Source: Blasia pusilla (lineage: Eukaryota). From it: DNA of 64,000 nucleotides. Of the stretch, positions 13,062 to 27,298 are shown piece after piece. Under the pieces are notes generated by a model. The model was not told the DNA's origin. It saw only the letters and a list, made by a program, of their open reading frames with translations, and searched no databases. The first letter of the stretch is position 1. The number at the start of each line of letters is the position of its first letter. Where the stretch lies: NCBI GenBank assembly GCA_050084515.1, contig CM114271.1:8742001-8806000 (forward strand), given 5' to 3'. The position numbers were made by a program, and so were the translations under genes.

Positions 13062-15116
13062 ATGAGGGAATCCATGTGTACAATACATTTCCAACATCCT
13101 ACCCTAGTATATGCTTGGTAGACTTAATTGTGGGAATATGAGCATGTCCAATCGTCTCTTTTGGGTATACCTCCCTCAAGGCTACAACAAGGTGATCTAT
13201 GCAAACAAGCCATAAGATGAAGGAACTCCAAGAATCTCCAAGAAACCTTCAAAAAGGTTCCAAGAAAGTGGTGTCCAAATGGTGACATCCGCACATTGGT
13301 CACCAATCATGGTTGCACAAAAACGGACAAGTCTGTCTCATGGACGGACACATCTAGACATATATGCAGACATGACTTGCAAAAGGTTGGCCCCATATTT
13401 ATAGTTCATGATGGAAGGCAAAGCAAGAGGTGGGCGTGGCAGTAAGGGGGGAGGAAGTGGAGGTGGGAGGAGGAAGAAACGAGAAAGTGTGGATCATGAA
13501 GCTAAGTTGGGGGGGTGGGGGGAGATGGGGCCCACATGAACAAGTCCTTCTATATGACGGATGTAAGTCCACGGACATAGACATGTCTGCGGACATGGAC
13601 TTTGTCCATATACAACTTTGTAACCAAGGGAGGTTAGCATGTCATTTTTGGCATCTTCACACATAACTACATATAAAGCCTTCCTACATAGGCCTCCACA
13701 TACTCTCACTACATTACGAAGTATTGTGACAATTATCGTGCAGACACAACGTTACACAACATACATCGTTGTTACATATACACAACATACACTTTCAGAA
13801 AACATAACATAATACATAAATATACACATCACCTCCATATGTATACCGTCACACGAGGAGGCCACAAAATTTCCCCCTAGTTGATGGTTTGGTCTCTCCA
13901 GCCCTAGATGGTCAACCGCAATGTCGAAAGTAGCAAGCATCTTTTGAGTGTTAAGGTTAGGAGGCCGTATGCTGGCTCATTCTATTGCTAGTAACCCCTC
14001 TACAATCCATATGGCTCTCAAATAACACAGAATATCAAGGAGATTACAAGCATCTTAGAGAAACCACATTGAAGGCACGACAAGAAATCCTTGGTTTTAT
14101 GACTCATATGAGTCATATATCACCATCCATGAGTTAAAATGACTAGTTATTTGTAGAGACACGAAGGCCAAGTCATATCTTCAAGGTTGCACATGGGTTT
14201 ATGTCCGTTCTAAAGACATACATCTTTGTGTAGACTCGACTGCCCGGACCCGCGCTCGCCCTGTTTGCACCTCCCTCGTGGCCCACATTCCTCCCATGAC
14301 CTTGGTTTGCATCCGACATACGTTCGGACCACATCTGATCCGCGTACAACTTGCGCATGAGGGCCGAAGGTAGGGCATGGGCAAGATGCGACGGGTAGCT
14401 TGTACGTGCCTTTGCGAAAGGGTGGTTTAGAAAAATAAATTTTAATAAAAAATTTAAAAATCATTTTGAAAATTGGGGCCCTTTTTTGGCCCATGCAAGA
14501 GGGACATGGACAAGACACAAGTAGGGGTTGCAAGCTAGATGCATGCAAGGATTACAGTAGGAATGGGGGCCATGATGTGAGAACAGTTACAGGATTGGGT
14601 GTGGATGGCATGCCCATGGTCATATCTAGAATGGTTGCACAAAAATGGACAAGTGTGGACATGTCCATGGATAGGGGACTGGTATTCAAGCAGGAGAGAG
14701 TAAGAGAGGAGAGGAAGAGAGGAAGAGAGGAGAGTCTCTCTATTACATCCGAGGGAAGCTCGGAAATGTACATTTGATCTAGTCTATGATTTCTTTAGCC
14801 TCGTCATCTACAAATTTACTCCTAACTCTCCTAGGTTCCTATACAAATGGAATTTCTTGGGATACAAGTGGCTCCTCTGGCCGATTGTAGACGGGGATTG
14901 TAAATTTTGGGGAATCCCAGAGCCTTGGCCCCCCCTAGGTACACCATAATTGTCCCATGTAATATGATTTGAGTCCCAACGCCTTCCTCGATAGTAAATC
15001 TTGTATACTCTACAAGGTGACACCCATCCAGTATCAGTATGTGCTCCATCCTTGGAAAGCACTAGATCCCAACTCCAAAATGCTCCAGTCAACCTGGGTC
15101 CAATAAATCTTTGAAC

Positions 15117-18100
15117 TCACTTGTCATCGTCCGATAGCTCTTCCAGAATTAGTATCGGCTTTGCCCTCCCGATTTTTGGAATAGTAGGAAGTGACGATGG
15201 TGTCACTATCAATGGTTGCTCTGGAACTGGAGGTGTTGGCTTTGGAGGAGATTTGTATACTCCCACTAGCCTCTTGTAATCTGCCTTTGCCTCTTTGCAA
15301 AGGTCAAAAAGTTATGGCCTTCCCTCAAGGCAGAGAATGTTCATGCCACTATGCCAAGCGCCTCTGATACTTGCCCCTGATAGGCCCACTAAGTCAAAGA
15401 CCAAGTCACCTGGCCTCGAGCAGAGCTCCATGAGTGTTTGCATCAAGGCATATGACTTCTCCCTTCCTCCAAGTAAGGGGGTCCCTTCATGCATGTAAAT
15501 TCTCGAGGGGTGGAGGGGGGAGGGGGAATTGTAGAGACTATCTAAGCTGTATCGATTAGAGCATGGATCCACTGGATCCAGGATCTGGAACACCTGGAAG
15601 TTGTGCTCGGGCCTTACAAAGCAGTAGACAAATGAGTGGTCCATCTGTGAACAAGCAGGTGGAAAATAATGTCAGCAAAAAGAAAAAGCTAGTAGACCGC
15701 TGGTCTTCTCTAATATACTGACACAATGTGTAACCCGTCGGGATCCGACGGAGTTGCTCATTTGGCTAGGCAGAGGAGCAACCTGTCGGAGTCTGATGGG
15801 TTGCTTTTCAACCCGTCCTACCCGTCCATACTGATTACCAAACTGTCTGAACTTGGCCTATAGGCCGGATAGAACAACAACCTGTCAGAGTCCGACGGGT
15901 TGTTTTACAACTCTAAGTGGAGTCTTTGGCTATGAGGAACCTGTCGGAAGCCGACAGGTTGCTCATTTTTCTGGATAGAACCTCCACCTGCCAGAGTTTG
16001 ATGGTTGGCTTACAATTGAATACAATTGTTCAGAGTTGAGAAGTTCCTAATATGAGAGCAACCCGTTGCTTTCAAGCGGGTTGCATCACTCCAGAAACAT
16101 GTGGAAAAGCAGTGCTACTTGCAACCCGTCGGGTTCCGATGGGTTGCAATCAATGGAGACTTGTTGGTGAATTTGCAACCTGTCACTTTCAGATGGATTG
16201 CAACACTGTTGACATAAGCTGTTGGGATCCGACGGGTTGAATTTTTGTACAAACTCAATTCGTTGAAAAAGGGGACTTACCCGGACTTGAGTCGTCGCCA
16301 ATCTTAGTGGATACTCATTTTTAATGACCCATGATTGCACCGTCCTCCCCTTCAGCGACCTCTTCACGCACTGAAGGTTGAAGAGCTCGTCTTCGTTCCC
16401 GCTAGTGAGGACCAAGAAACAACCCCTATCACTCAGATACGCGTCGGCAAATGAAAACAACAGCGCGATCTTGTCGTACGAAAGCGGGGCATTCTAGTCT
16501 GGGACAGTGTCAGATGGATTTTTGTCCCACAAACGAAACCTAGAAGGCAAATCTGCAATGAGGAGATCCACCACCATCTCCTCAACAACCCCATGCACCA
16601 TCCAGGGGGTGTGCCTGTTTCAAAGGAGTTTTCATCCCAACACGGTCAATTTCTTGATGGCAGACGTCGACTCCTGAGAACTGAAACTCTGTAGCTCATC
16701 GACAAGATGAGTCAAGTGAATAAGAACATTTTTCCTTATGGTAGTTTCCCTATGCCTGCCCAAGGATGATGGAGTGTATTCCACATCCTGATCTCCTCCC
16801 TTGGACGAACTAGGCACCTCCCGCTTTCGCCTCTCCCGAGTCTGTTGTTGGCTTGTTGGAGTCTTCGTTACCTCAGACTCCACATGAGTTTTCTTGGATG
16901 AGGACATGGTCCAGCCATCTCGCCCTGGACGATTCTACCTCTTGCCTTGAGGACTCAGCCTCTTTTCTTGAAGAGTTGGCCACAGAATTCCTCGATCCCT
17001 TCGCCTTGGCTTTCAAACCCGCTGTGGATTTGTCTTTGGTGGTGACGACCTTTGCCACCAACTCCGCTGTCTTAAGGGCTTGCTCCTCTGCATCTCCTTT
17101 GAAAAAATCGTGAGGCTTCATGAAGTTTGGAATGTTGTCCCTACCTGCAACCACTGCATCATAGACCACGCTAGATTTTTGTCTGTAATTTCCTCTGGGT
17201 CGTTGAAGTCCAACCAGATTGGACAATTGATTACCTCCCAGTCGGACATGCCCTGTCCCATCTCTATGTCCTACATGGAGAATCCCTCTCTATTAGGCGG
17301 AGAAGCCCACAATTTGCAGGCTGCAGGTAATTTTTTCCAGGTACATGCATTCATACAATTGATAAGGTACTTGTACACCATCCGTTGGGCAGTTCTTTGT
17401 CGAGATGACTCAGCCGCCTGGTCTCGAAGATCCCGCTTCTTCTTTGCAAAATCCCAATTTCTGGCGTCTATTTCCTCATCCAGGTCTGCCTGAGGGAGGA
17501 TGTGATTCTTCAACATCATCATGAATCATGGGTTTTTTGTCGGCTTATCTCTGATGTCATCAAGCCATAGTTCAAAATCTTCTGCAGCCTCTAGGTTTTC
17601 TTCATGTGGAACTGGGTCAATCTTCTTCAACTCCGCTTGTAGACCCACGATCATGGACTTCCCGAGAAGGCACAACGCGTCCCAGAATTACCATTCCTGT
17701 AGCCAATGGGAGATCACTGGATCTGAAACTCCCGGAGGGTGGTGTGCCGCCCGCTTTTGGGCCTCAGTGCCCTCGAGACTGATTTTCATCAATCGGATTT
17801 GCCTAAACTCGGATATCCCAGACATCGCAAACTTGTGCACGCAATCTAGAGACACTTTCTCTCCGATACGACCATGTGGATGTTCGTCTCTCTTCCGCTC
17901 GTGCTTGATTATCGCCTTGAGCTCCTTGTAAAACTTCAGACCAAGTTTGGGGTTGAGAATCCCAATATAACGCTGCATCTTGCTTGTAGTGTACTTTGTA
18001 GCTGCAGATACGACATCCTGAATAAACTTTGCATGTTCCAATGCGGACACGTTCTCCCTTCGCTCAAATTCCTACGAAGCACTCTTCTTGGCAGCCTGGA

Positions 18101-20470
18101 TCTTGGACCAACATAGGATTATGACGGTTGCATCTTGGGAAATGAAGGTATTTGCCCAGGTCTTCTTTTTTATTTGAGCTCCCTTCGCCAGCATCTCATT
18201 TACCAGATTGTCGCCCAAGAATCCCTTGTACTATGCCGGGTGCGTCATCATCACTTTCTTGATCTTGTTGCAATCTTGGATCCAGTGGTGGATGACGTTC
18301 CCCTCGGATAGAATCCTGCACATCCAAACACAAGGTAAGAATACTACAACCTATCGGGTTCCTCCAATCCGTCGAACTCTGACGGGTCGCAATTTTGTCA
18401 ACCCATGGGGATCAAAATGGTAGCATAGAGATAATTGTTGCAACCCATCGGACTCCAACGGGTCGCAATTCTGTCAACCCATCGGGGTCCAAATCGTCAC
18501 ACAAAGATAAATGTTGCAACCCGTTGGAGTCCGACGGGTCGCAACACTTATCTTTGGGTTACACTTATTGCAACACTCTTGAAATTTTTAGAGAGAATTG
18601 CAACCCATCGGAGTTCGACGGGTTGCACTCTCTTTTCGTGACTCTTTGGTCCAACCGATCGGTTCCTCTAATTCCTTGGTTCCAACCCGTCGGACTCCAA
18701 CGGGTTGTAGAATGACTTCCATTTGGAGACAGGTTTCCGGATAAAAACTGCCCATATCAACCCGTTAGAGTCTGATGGGTTGCGCAATGGCCCTGTAAAG
18801 CTGGAATTGGACGCCTAAAAGCAAGCTGTGGGACTCCGACCACGTACCCTGGGGGAAAAATGCAACCCTTCGGAGTCCGACGAGTTGCTTTCGGCCAAAA
18901 GTATCCAAAAAATAGCGGACAGTCCTGCAACTCGTCAGACTTCGATGAGTTGCTTTTAGGCGTCCGATGATTTGTTACCCCTCATTGTGCAACTCGTTGA
19001 AGTTTGATGGATTGAGGAAAAAAGAAATCATGCAGTCATATTTCCACCCGTCAATGTTCGACTGGTTTCAGTATCCCAGATTAATCTGGTGTGCTTGGCC
19101 ACCAAGCAACCCGTTGGACTCCGACGGTTTGCTTGACTATGACCTTGACCACAAATAGGATGGTGGCAAGAAACTCAAATCATTCCTGTCCATCTTTAAG
19201 CTTTCCAATTATGCAACCCGTCGGACTCCGACGGGTTGAAGCAATCAAACTTAAGGAAGAGGAAACTTACGTATTCATTGCATGCATTTCCATTTCCACC
19301 GTTGCCATGTGACAAGGAAATGGATGGAGCACGACTGCCTTCATGCAAAAATGCGCCTCCAATGAATTTGGATGCTCCTCTACAAATTGCGTCCACGCCA
19401 TGTACCTGTGGTTCCCATCCCAGATGAAGAAGTAGAGGTTCCGCATCCACCTAAATTGGATTCCTTCAATCGCTCCTCTGAACTCCTAATCTCTCATCCT
19501 CCAGAATGTATCCAACGCCTCCAAGTCCTCTTCCATCTCCAGAGCTTGGGTTCCATGTTCATGGTAAGACTGAATATAGAACGAAGGGAAGTTGTCCACG
19601 TAGGATGCAGTCGCTGCCGACTTTTTGAGCTTTGCAATGTCCTCCTCCGACTGAATTTTGCGAACATACTCCATTGTCCGCAATTGAAAAAGTGGAATTC
19701 TTGGGGCCTTTTGGCCCTCCATCAGTGCCATCTTCTTAACAACCTGCCACAATGGGGACCAAGTCAATAAAATACAGTGTTTTGCCAATGAATTGCATAA
19801 TGAGCCTTCACATTACCTAAATTTTTCTTACCCGCTCAAAGATTGGGTCGGTGTCCAGGCCCGCCAGGTGCTCTAGGACAAGAGCTGGCAAGTCCACGGG
19901 AAACTCATCGATTCGATAAAGGTCAATTTCTTCCACCGGGCTCAAAGAGGACCAAGAATCTTCTCCTGCTTCTTCAGAGATGTCCACCATCTCCACACTT
20001 GCTATCCTCGTGACCTCATCGTCTGTCACTTGAACTTCGGCCGTTTCCTCAGCCAATTATAGATTCATGGTGTCCCTAGACCTCATCGGAGACAGTTCCT
20101 GCATCTCAACACTATGTGTTGGATGGGCACGGCTTTCTTCAATAGCGATTTCTTTTTCTCTTCGAGCTTTCGGCAATACTGCTCTCCTGATGGAGGCGTC
20201 AAGACGCTTCTTCTCGCCTTACTCGTCCGCGACTCTTTTCTTCAAGGCCTTCGATGCCTCAGCCTTGGCATTTTGCTTAGCGAGCTCCTCCAGAGCACGT
20301 TTTGATTGAACCTCCTACATGTGCATATCTGCTTCCCTTTCCCGCTCCTCTATTTCTTGTTGCCTTATCTCATTCGCCGAACGAGGACCTGGAGATGGTG
20401 ACGCAGGAGTCCTGATGGACTTGGGAGTGATGCTCCCTACCTTGGTTGCTTGAATTTTCTTTCTCGTCAT
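15117..20470 (-). pseudogene. Copy 1 of the spliced ParB-like / N6-N4 methyltransferase-like gene
   Basis: Fragments homologous to copy 2; the last exon has REKSYALMQTLMELCSRPGDLVFDLVGLSG...MNILCLE; VDLLIADLPS at ~16540-16575; intact AG acceptors; many stops. Confidence 0.75.
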
Positions 20471-21748
20471 GGTGCACATTGGGTGAGTTCTTTCTCCTTG
20501 ACAGTCTTATCTGCTCTTGTGCACAATAGATCCCTCGAAGCGTTTTGTGATGAAGCGCCGTGACCCTCGAGCAGATGGGCTTGCCGAAATCGAACTCTCG
20601 AAGGGTCGGATGCTGGATTGTGGTAACCTTCCAGCAAAGGGGTGAATGTAACCGATTTTGGCAATGGAAAGGTAATGTCAGCAACTAGAGCACATGAAAC
20701 CGTGAAATGAAAAACGGAAATGAGCGAAATCTCAACCTTTTATACTTTCCGAGCCGTTGAGCTGACCATTGGGTCGTTGGGTCGTATCGATGGCGACGTG
20801 TCGGCCGTTAGGGAACTTTGCACGTGGGAACGCGGGCAACCCGTCGGAGACCGACGGGTTGCATGCTTCCCTCATCTTGGGGATACAAGGCGAGGTACCT
20901 AGACAACCTGTCCGAGACTGACGGGTTGCACGCATCCCTTGTCCTTGGATAACAAGGTGAGGCACCCAGGAAACCTTTTTGGTACCGACGGGTTGCACGC
21001 TTCCCTCGTCTTTGGGTAACAAGGCAAGGTACCCGCGCAACCCGTCGAAGATCGACCGGTTGCACGCTTCCCTCGTCTTGCGGTAACAAGGCGAGATACC
21101 CAGGCAACCGGTCTAAGACCGAGGGGTTACACGCTTCCTCAGGTAACAAGGCGATAAAGCATAGTCGTGAGGCAACCCATTGACCTCCGACAGGTTACAA
21201 GGTCTACCCTAGGTTGGACACTTCCCACCATACGGAAAAACTGCCCTCACGTTTTGCACGGTTCATTGGACGAGAGAAATCGACGCGAGATTCCCCCCCT
21301 CCCCCGCAACTCGCTTACCTCCAAAAGTAAAAGCGAGGTGAGGTGCATTTCCAACCCATCACAGTCCCCAACGGGTTGCTGTAGGAAATCCATGTGAGGT
21401 TTCGTGGATCTCGACTCCAATCAGACTAGTCAGACAGGCAAGGGTACCAACCCAACGGACTCCGACGGGTTGCAAGTTGCACTCAGACTCTAACAGAAGA
21501 TGGTACTCCGTGGCTTTGCAACCCACGTGTCTGAGTCCCAAAATTTGCAACCCGTCGGACTCTGACAGGTTGCAACAAGATTGAATCCATTGCTTCACAA
21601 AATCTCACCTACCAAACAAGATCTTGTCAATCAAATTATGTCAGGAGAATAACTGTCACTATTCATTATAAATTAAAAATTCTCATTCCCATTCCCATTT
21701 TTATTCTTATTCTTATTCTCATTCTCCACCTAGTGGAATAATCTAGGA

Positions 21749-24700
21749 ATGGATAATTATGTGAAACTCACTTGTGGCAGTCATCTAGCGACCCTTCCTC
21801 AATAAAAAATAATTCGACCGCAAGCTCGTGAGTCTTACATACATGTGGATGAAAATTTCCTCTCCAAATTGGAACAATCTTTGTTTCCAAGGATGTTAGG
21901 GTGGACGGTACAAAGGACATTGTAGGTGAGATAGTCCAGCTGATGATAGCAGACTGTAAAGTATGGAATCTCCTACCTCTAAAACATGGTCAGTACAGAG
22001 TTTATGGCCTGCCTTTGAATTCCTCTGTTTCCCAAGTAGAATGTCCGGAATTTCCTAGTGCATCGAGCTCTATGTTTGCCACTCCCAGCTCAGTAGATCC
22101 GACATCGACTCCAACTTCACATGTTAGTAACAATGTTGTACTTCCTGAAGCCATTCCGGATGTCGTCAACTTCAGTGGATCTTTCGGACACCAACCGGGC
22201 CCTATGTGTGCCTACATAGGCCCGGTTCCTCTTGCGAGTATCAGGCAATAGTTTGTTGTTGCCTCTGCCTTTTAAAATGTTCAAGCACATTCTTGTTGAT
22301 GAGTTGCCTGTAATTGCATTTTTGACTTGCCTCCACTTGCTGGTCATGCTCAAAAGAAAGATGGAGGACGCTTGAAGGATATGGACAGAAAGTGTGATTG
22401 TCATCGATGGTGCAGGCTTCAACGGACTAGTGCTTCAATTACACATGGTCCTTGGATTGTTTCTTGCCGCCACTATGTTGGAGCCCTGGAGTGTAGAAGT
22501 CTTGGCTCATCTAGAGCGCAATGGGCGAGTCAATACATCGCAATTCCCCCAAAAGAATGCAATAATCCTTATGAGGTCAGTGCGACCATACCGCGGGGAG
22601 CCCTGCATACATATTTTTCATTGCGCATGACTTCAGTTCTACGTTCGAGTACACAAGGTTGGCAGTTCATGTTGGCTCCCACATTCATCCTGTTACCGGT
22701 GCAATTCATAGACACATCAAGGAGGATGTGGCAAAGAAAGTGGCCAAGGTATATAGAAACTCTCCGGGATCAAAGCCCGAAGTGATCAAGTTAACAACAA
22801 CATCACAAATTTATGAACGACTGCTTGGAATCCCTGGGCAGGGCAAGATCACGGCTGCTGAGGAGAATCAACTCTGGGAAAATCTCGCATTTCTCGCTAA
22901 TCCTGAATGCTTCAAGAATTTGGTGCATCAAATACGGGTACTTGATGGAAAGACGGCCGAAATGGATGCCATTGCCACAATCAAGGCCACCTCCACATTT
23001 CCATTTATTCAAAGATGGCAGTTCATGGGCAAAGGAGGCAAAGGATTCAGGGCTTATGTCTTCAAAATGTCAACTACAGGGCCTTCAAGTGGCCTCGATC
23101 TTATAGATCGAATGAGGGAAGGGGAAGATCTCTACGGCACCTGGGTAAGCTTTGATATTTGCTACAGAGTGCTGAATGGATGGTTGACCATGGGTGCTCA
23201 CCTTTACGACCATGTGGAGAAGGGACTCAAAACTTTATTTGTCGGTGAGGTAAAAGCAAAAGACGTTGGCAGTTTGAAGATGTGTTGGTTACTCTTATTG
23301 GAGGTGGTGAAGGAAAACAAAAGGCCACCTCTGGAAATTTATGGACTCATGGCGGATAATGCACAACCTGGGTGGATTGCTATCAGGGAAGTGTTCTGGG
23401 GTGGAGAGGTTCAACGAGAGAGGGGAGGGGTCGGATGCTTTCCATTGGCAATAGTCTGTGACCCGATACACCAAATCTTGCATCAAGGAGTATAAGAGGA
23501 TAGAGCATCTCACTCTACTCCAATGCTGCAAGGACAACAAAACCTTGAAATAGGCCATGGAGTGCCAAGAAGAACTTCATGGGTGATGGAGGAAGCATGC
23601 GATTGAGGAGAAGTACAAAGAGTTGTGCTCTTGGCTCAGTTGGTAGATTGTACGAATGAGATATTGGGAAAACTTCATGCGGCATGTGAGTTCAGTATTT
23701 TTTCCTTTCGAGCTCATGCTGAGAATTGTTTGAAAAGTTCCAGCCCAAGTTGAGAAGCGTGGGCACTATAGGGATTTCAAACCGCAGAAACCAAGCAACC
23801 CATCGGATGCGACGGATTTCCTGAGTGTGCAACCCGTCGGAAACCGATAGGTTGCATCAAGAATGTTTGTGTTACCTCTTGGAACTCAACTGGTTGCATG
23901 AGTGTCACACCCGTCAGAGCGTGACATGATGCACGAGGAATTTTTGTGCAACCTGTCGGAACCCGATTGGTTGCATGAGTATGCAACCTGTCGAATCCCG
24001 ACGGGTTGCAAGTTGCATGTATACAAGGCCTGTAAATAGTTCCACCATGATGGGTTGCAAGCCGTAAGGCTACGAGTTAACTCGGTCTCCAACCCGTCGG
24101 ATTCCGACAAGTTGCGTTTGTCTGCAACCTGTCGGATTCAAACTAGTTGGGTCTGTATGCAACTCCTCGCATTCTGACAGGTTGCGGCTGTCTCCAAGTC
24201 CTTGCATCCAAACACGCTGCTTCAATGCAAGTTAAGTGGAACCCGTCAAATTCCAATAATTGCAAAGCTTCGTGTGTGGAAAATTCTTGCAAGCCAACAG
24301 AAACTGACAGGTTGCACAAGAATTTTTGAGATCGGACCGGCCTGCTTCTCACAACCCGTCCGATTCGAACCCTTGCAATAGCACGTTCTTGGATGCTAGG
24401 TTGCAGTAAAAGGTTACTGGGACATTCTAGGGATGTCTCCGACTTGCAACCCATTTCAAGTCGGAGGCTGGAAAATCTATGTGCGACCACCCGTCGGATT
24501 TCAATGACTTGCACTTGGATCTTCCAGCCTAGAGTGGCCAAAGATACTTGCAACCCGTCTGAATCCGACGGGTTGCACTAGGTGGTTCCTGGGTGTTGCA
24601 ACACATCGGAAACTGATGGGTCGCAGAGTCATTCATGGGATGCCTCTGACTTGCAACCCGTCTAGTTTCGATAGGTTGCTTTTTTCTTTGCTCATAGAGC

Positions 24701-26239
24701 TATTTTTGTTCCCTTCTCACATTGCCGTCGTTGTAGGGATTGAACATTCATGAAAATTCCCTCTACCCCAACACAAGTGGGGCAAAAAGTGTTCATTCCT
24801 CCTGGAGGTCGTCACAAGCATGCCAAAGAATTTCACTTATGGAGGCATGCCAACAAGACCAGGCAAGAGCAATGCTATAGTGTGCAGCATCCCATATCTT
24901 CCTCACAAAAGGCATACCAAAAGGAAAGGGGCCTTCGATTTACGAGCTCTACGTCAGGGCGGCTGTGACATCTGATGATGAGAAACTCTATGTGGAAGCC
25001 TTCAATTGGTGCGTAGCAAGAACTCCCCTCAAGCAAGATGTCCACATTGGTGGGGATATTTGTGGGCCTGTTTCAAGACGTCCCATACAGATGGTGGTAG
25101 AGCAGTTCGAGCGAGACTCGTGGAGACCAGATAAGTATCTCGACTTCAGGCAAGTGAAGAGGCAACATCGAGGAACGAACCCGGTAATTGATTTGGATGA
25201 AGAAATTATGCCGCCCAGGTATTCGGAGATCCCAAATTGCTCCCAAATCCGAGATGCAGTAACTTCTCTAAAATCAAATAATGTTTTATTTCAAAAGCCC
25301 TCCGTTGTTGGAAGTTCGCAACATCTGGTCTTAGGATAGTTCAACAGTATGGGATTTTGGTCATTGAGGTGGATTGCAACCTCAAAAGGTGGCATATATC
25401 TCGGAGCAACCCTGGACGTGGACCCACTTGCAGGGCAGGATCTGATGGCATTAGGAGAGCATGCGGCACTTTTCTAAATAAGAACTGTACAAGGACTGGA
25501 CTACCACTGCTTGGATTTTGGGGACTCAGAACCATTGATCGTTTAACAAGGACCGGGATCAATTGAAGCACTTCTTCTGCCCAAATGAATCCTCTGCTTT
25601 CCGAAAGTCTTATCCGGCTGCCATTGGAGGTCCAAGGAATATTCCCACGATTTGGCCCATTGCCTCAGGTACAAATTGCACTCAAGACAAAGTGGATAAT
25701 CTTACAAGTGCCGATTGCAGACTCGTAGACGGAGGAAGTTCGGAGCATGTTTGCATTACAAAGACCTTCACATTTCTTATGCAACCCAAGATTGATGTCA
25801 ACATGTACCTGGAGAAGGTGGATGATCTCAATCCACTATTTCTGTTTGAGTCTAGAAATGGGATGAAGAGAAACAGAATGTGTAGGCCAATGGTGGAGAG
25901 AGCAAAGCGAATCACATGAGCTCGGGAGGCAAACATGGAAATCATCGCCACAAAAGACGTCAAGAGTGGCAATGGAATAAGAAGGATGTATTGGGTGAGG
26001 AATAACATTGTAAATTCAAGTGTCAAAGGGGTGTATGTGGTGCACATCCATTGCTTTCCCACATGTTCCTATGATGACTTTGTCCAAAGAGAGACAAGTG
26101 GGAAAAGGTATTTCCCTTCTAAGCACATGTACTATGTGTTGCTTGTAGTTTTAAGAGAGTCGGAGGTAGGAGTAGGAATCCACCAACCAATTTTGTCCCT
26201 CAAAGAAGTGCAAAGTTATTTTTAAACAAACCACTTTGA
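21749..26239 (+). pseudogene. Copy 1 MULE-type transposase with C-terminal SWIM finger, degraded
   Basis: ORF 22659-23495 has WVSFDICYRV and GLMADNAQPGWIAIREVF; decayed SWIM at ~26070-26135. Confidence 0.85.
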
Positions 26240-26647
26240 GGATACAAAATGAGGTCTTAGATTGTACTTTCATTTGCTAGAACCTTCACTTTGAGCTTGA
26301 ACTCTATTCAGCTTAGGGCAAATGAAAGATTTTTTCCAGACCTTGGATGGAAAAAGTGATTTGTTCCACATTTATGATTCCAATGATTTTTCAGTTTTTA
26401 AAATTTTGTGCAAATTGCAACCTGTCGGATTCAGATGGGTTGCCAAAATGTGGAAGAGGAATTTTTTTTTGTGGGAGTGCCTAAGCACTGAGAACAAAAG
26501 TGCAAAAAAAATCACAAAAATTTGTCCTCTCTTCAACCCAACGGAAACTCTCTTCAAATCACACGAAACTCTCTTAAAAAATAAAGTATCTCTTTGGGTT
26601 GAAGGTAGTTTCCTCTCTCCTCTCTTCCTCTCCTCTTACCGCTCCTT

Positions 26648-26920
26648 GTGTTTGTGTGCACTTGAGAAGAGTCTTTTTCAAGAGGGAAGAAAAACCTTTT
26701 ATTCTTTGGTACTTGTAAGACAGTGTCGTTGTAGTTAGTGAAGCATTTTAGTGAAGAAGGAGTTTATTCTTGATATTCTTTATAAAACCTCTCTTTACTC
26801 AAGAAATAGTGGTTTGTTGGGAACGGAATTTATACTTTGCGAGAAAAAGAGTATCTTTTTCCTAGAGTTGTACATCACATAAGGAAATAGGTAAGGGAAT
26901 TTGGGCGCCGCTGCTGGGGA
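26648..26920 (+). other. Remnant of a Ty3/gypsy 5' LTR and a tRNA-Asp-like PBS (26902-26920)
   Basis: TGGGCGCCGCTGCTGGGGA resembles the Athila-type PBS TGGCGCCGTTGCCGGGGA and lies just upstream of gag-like sequence. Confidence 0.6.
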
Positions 26921-27298
26921 TTACTAGATCTTCCAAGCAAGAAGAGGTAGCCAGAGAGTGGGGAATGGGAGTAGAACAAGTCGTAGGACCCCCACTTGGT
27001 GTAAGACGGTTACTGCTGGCGGAGGATCCTTCTGCGCAGAGAGTACCGTGGAACTAAGAAGCTCATCCAAAGAGTCTTCATTCCCATGGAGTAGAGCCTT
27101 GTGTGCGTGGTGAGGCGTTTAATCTTTGGAAGTTTTGGATGGATAGGGAAAGAATCATTGAAACACGCGAGCAAAGATCCGAGCGACGAAGAAGAGAAAG
27201 AGAAGAGCGAAGTGCTTGGAGACCGCCCTTGGACATCTGCAAAGAACTATTCCCCTCTTTGTCCAAAGCCTAAGGGGCGAAGATGAGAAAGGAGGAAG

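Larger units (their letters stand above)
14674..26647 (+). mobile_element. Mutator-like element, copy 1 (most diverged; internal deletion near the left end; no matching TSD)
   Basis: Left end GGGGACTGGTATTCAAGCAGGAGAGAGTAAGAG and right end ...CTCCTCTTACCGCTCCTT; colinear with copies 2 and 3. Confidence 0.88.

Noticed and set aside
10500-14660. Further transposon or gene remnants, including recurring GGACATGTCC-like motifs at ~13320-13610 and ~14630-14670
   Set aside because: Too degraded to define ends or protein motifs by eye
14674-26647. Helitron, Zisupton/KDZ or CACTA classification
   Set aside because: No Rep/helicase motifs and no CACTA ends; the D..D..H..E motif context and the 9-bp TSDs of sister copies fit the Mutator superfamily
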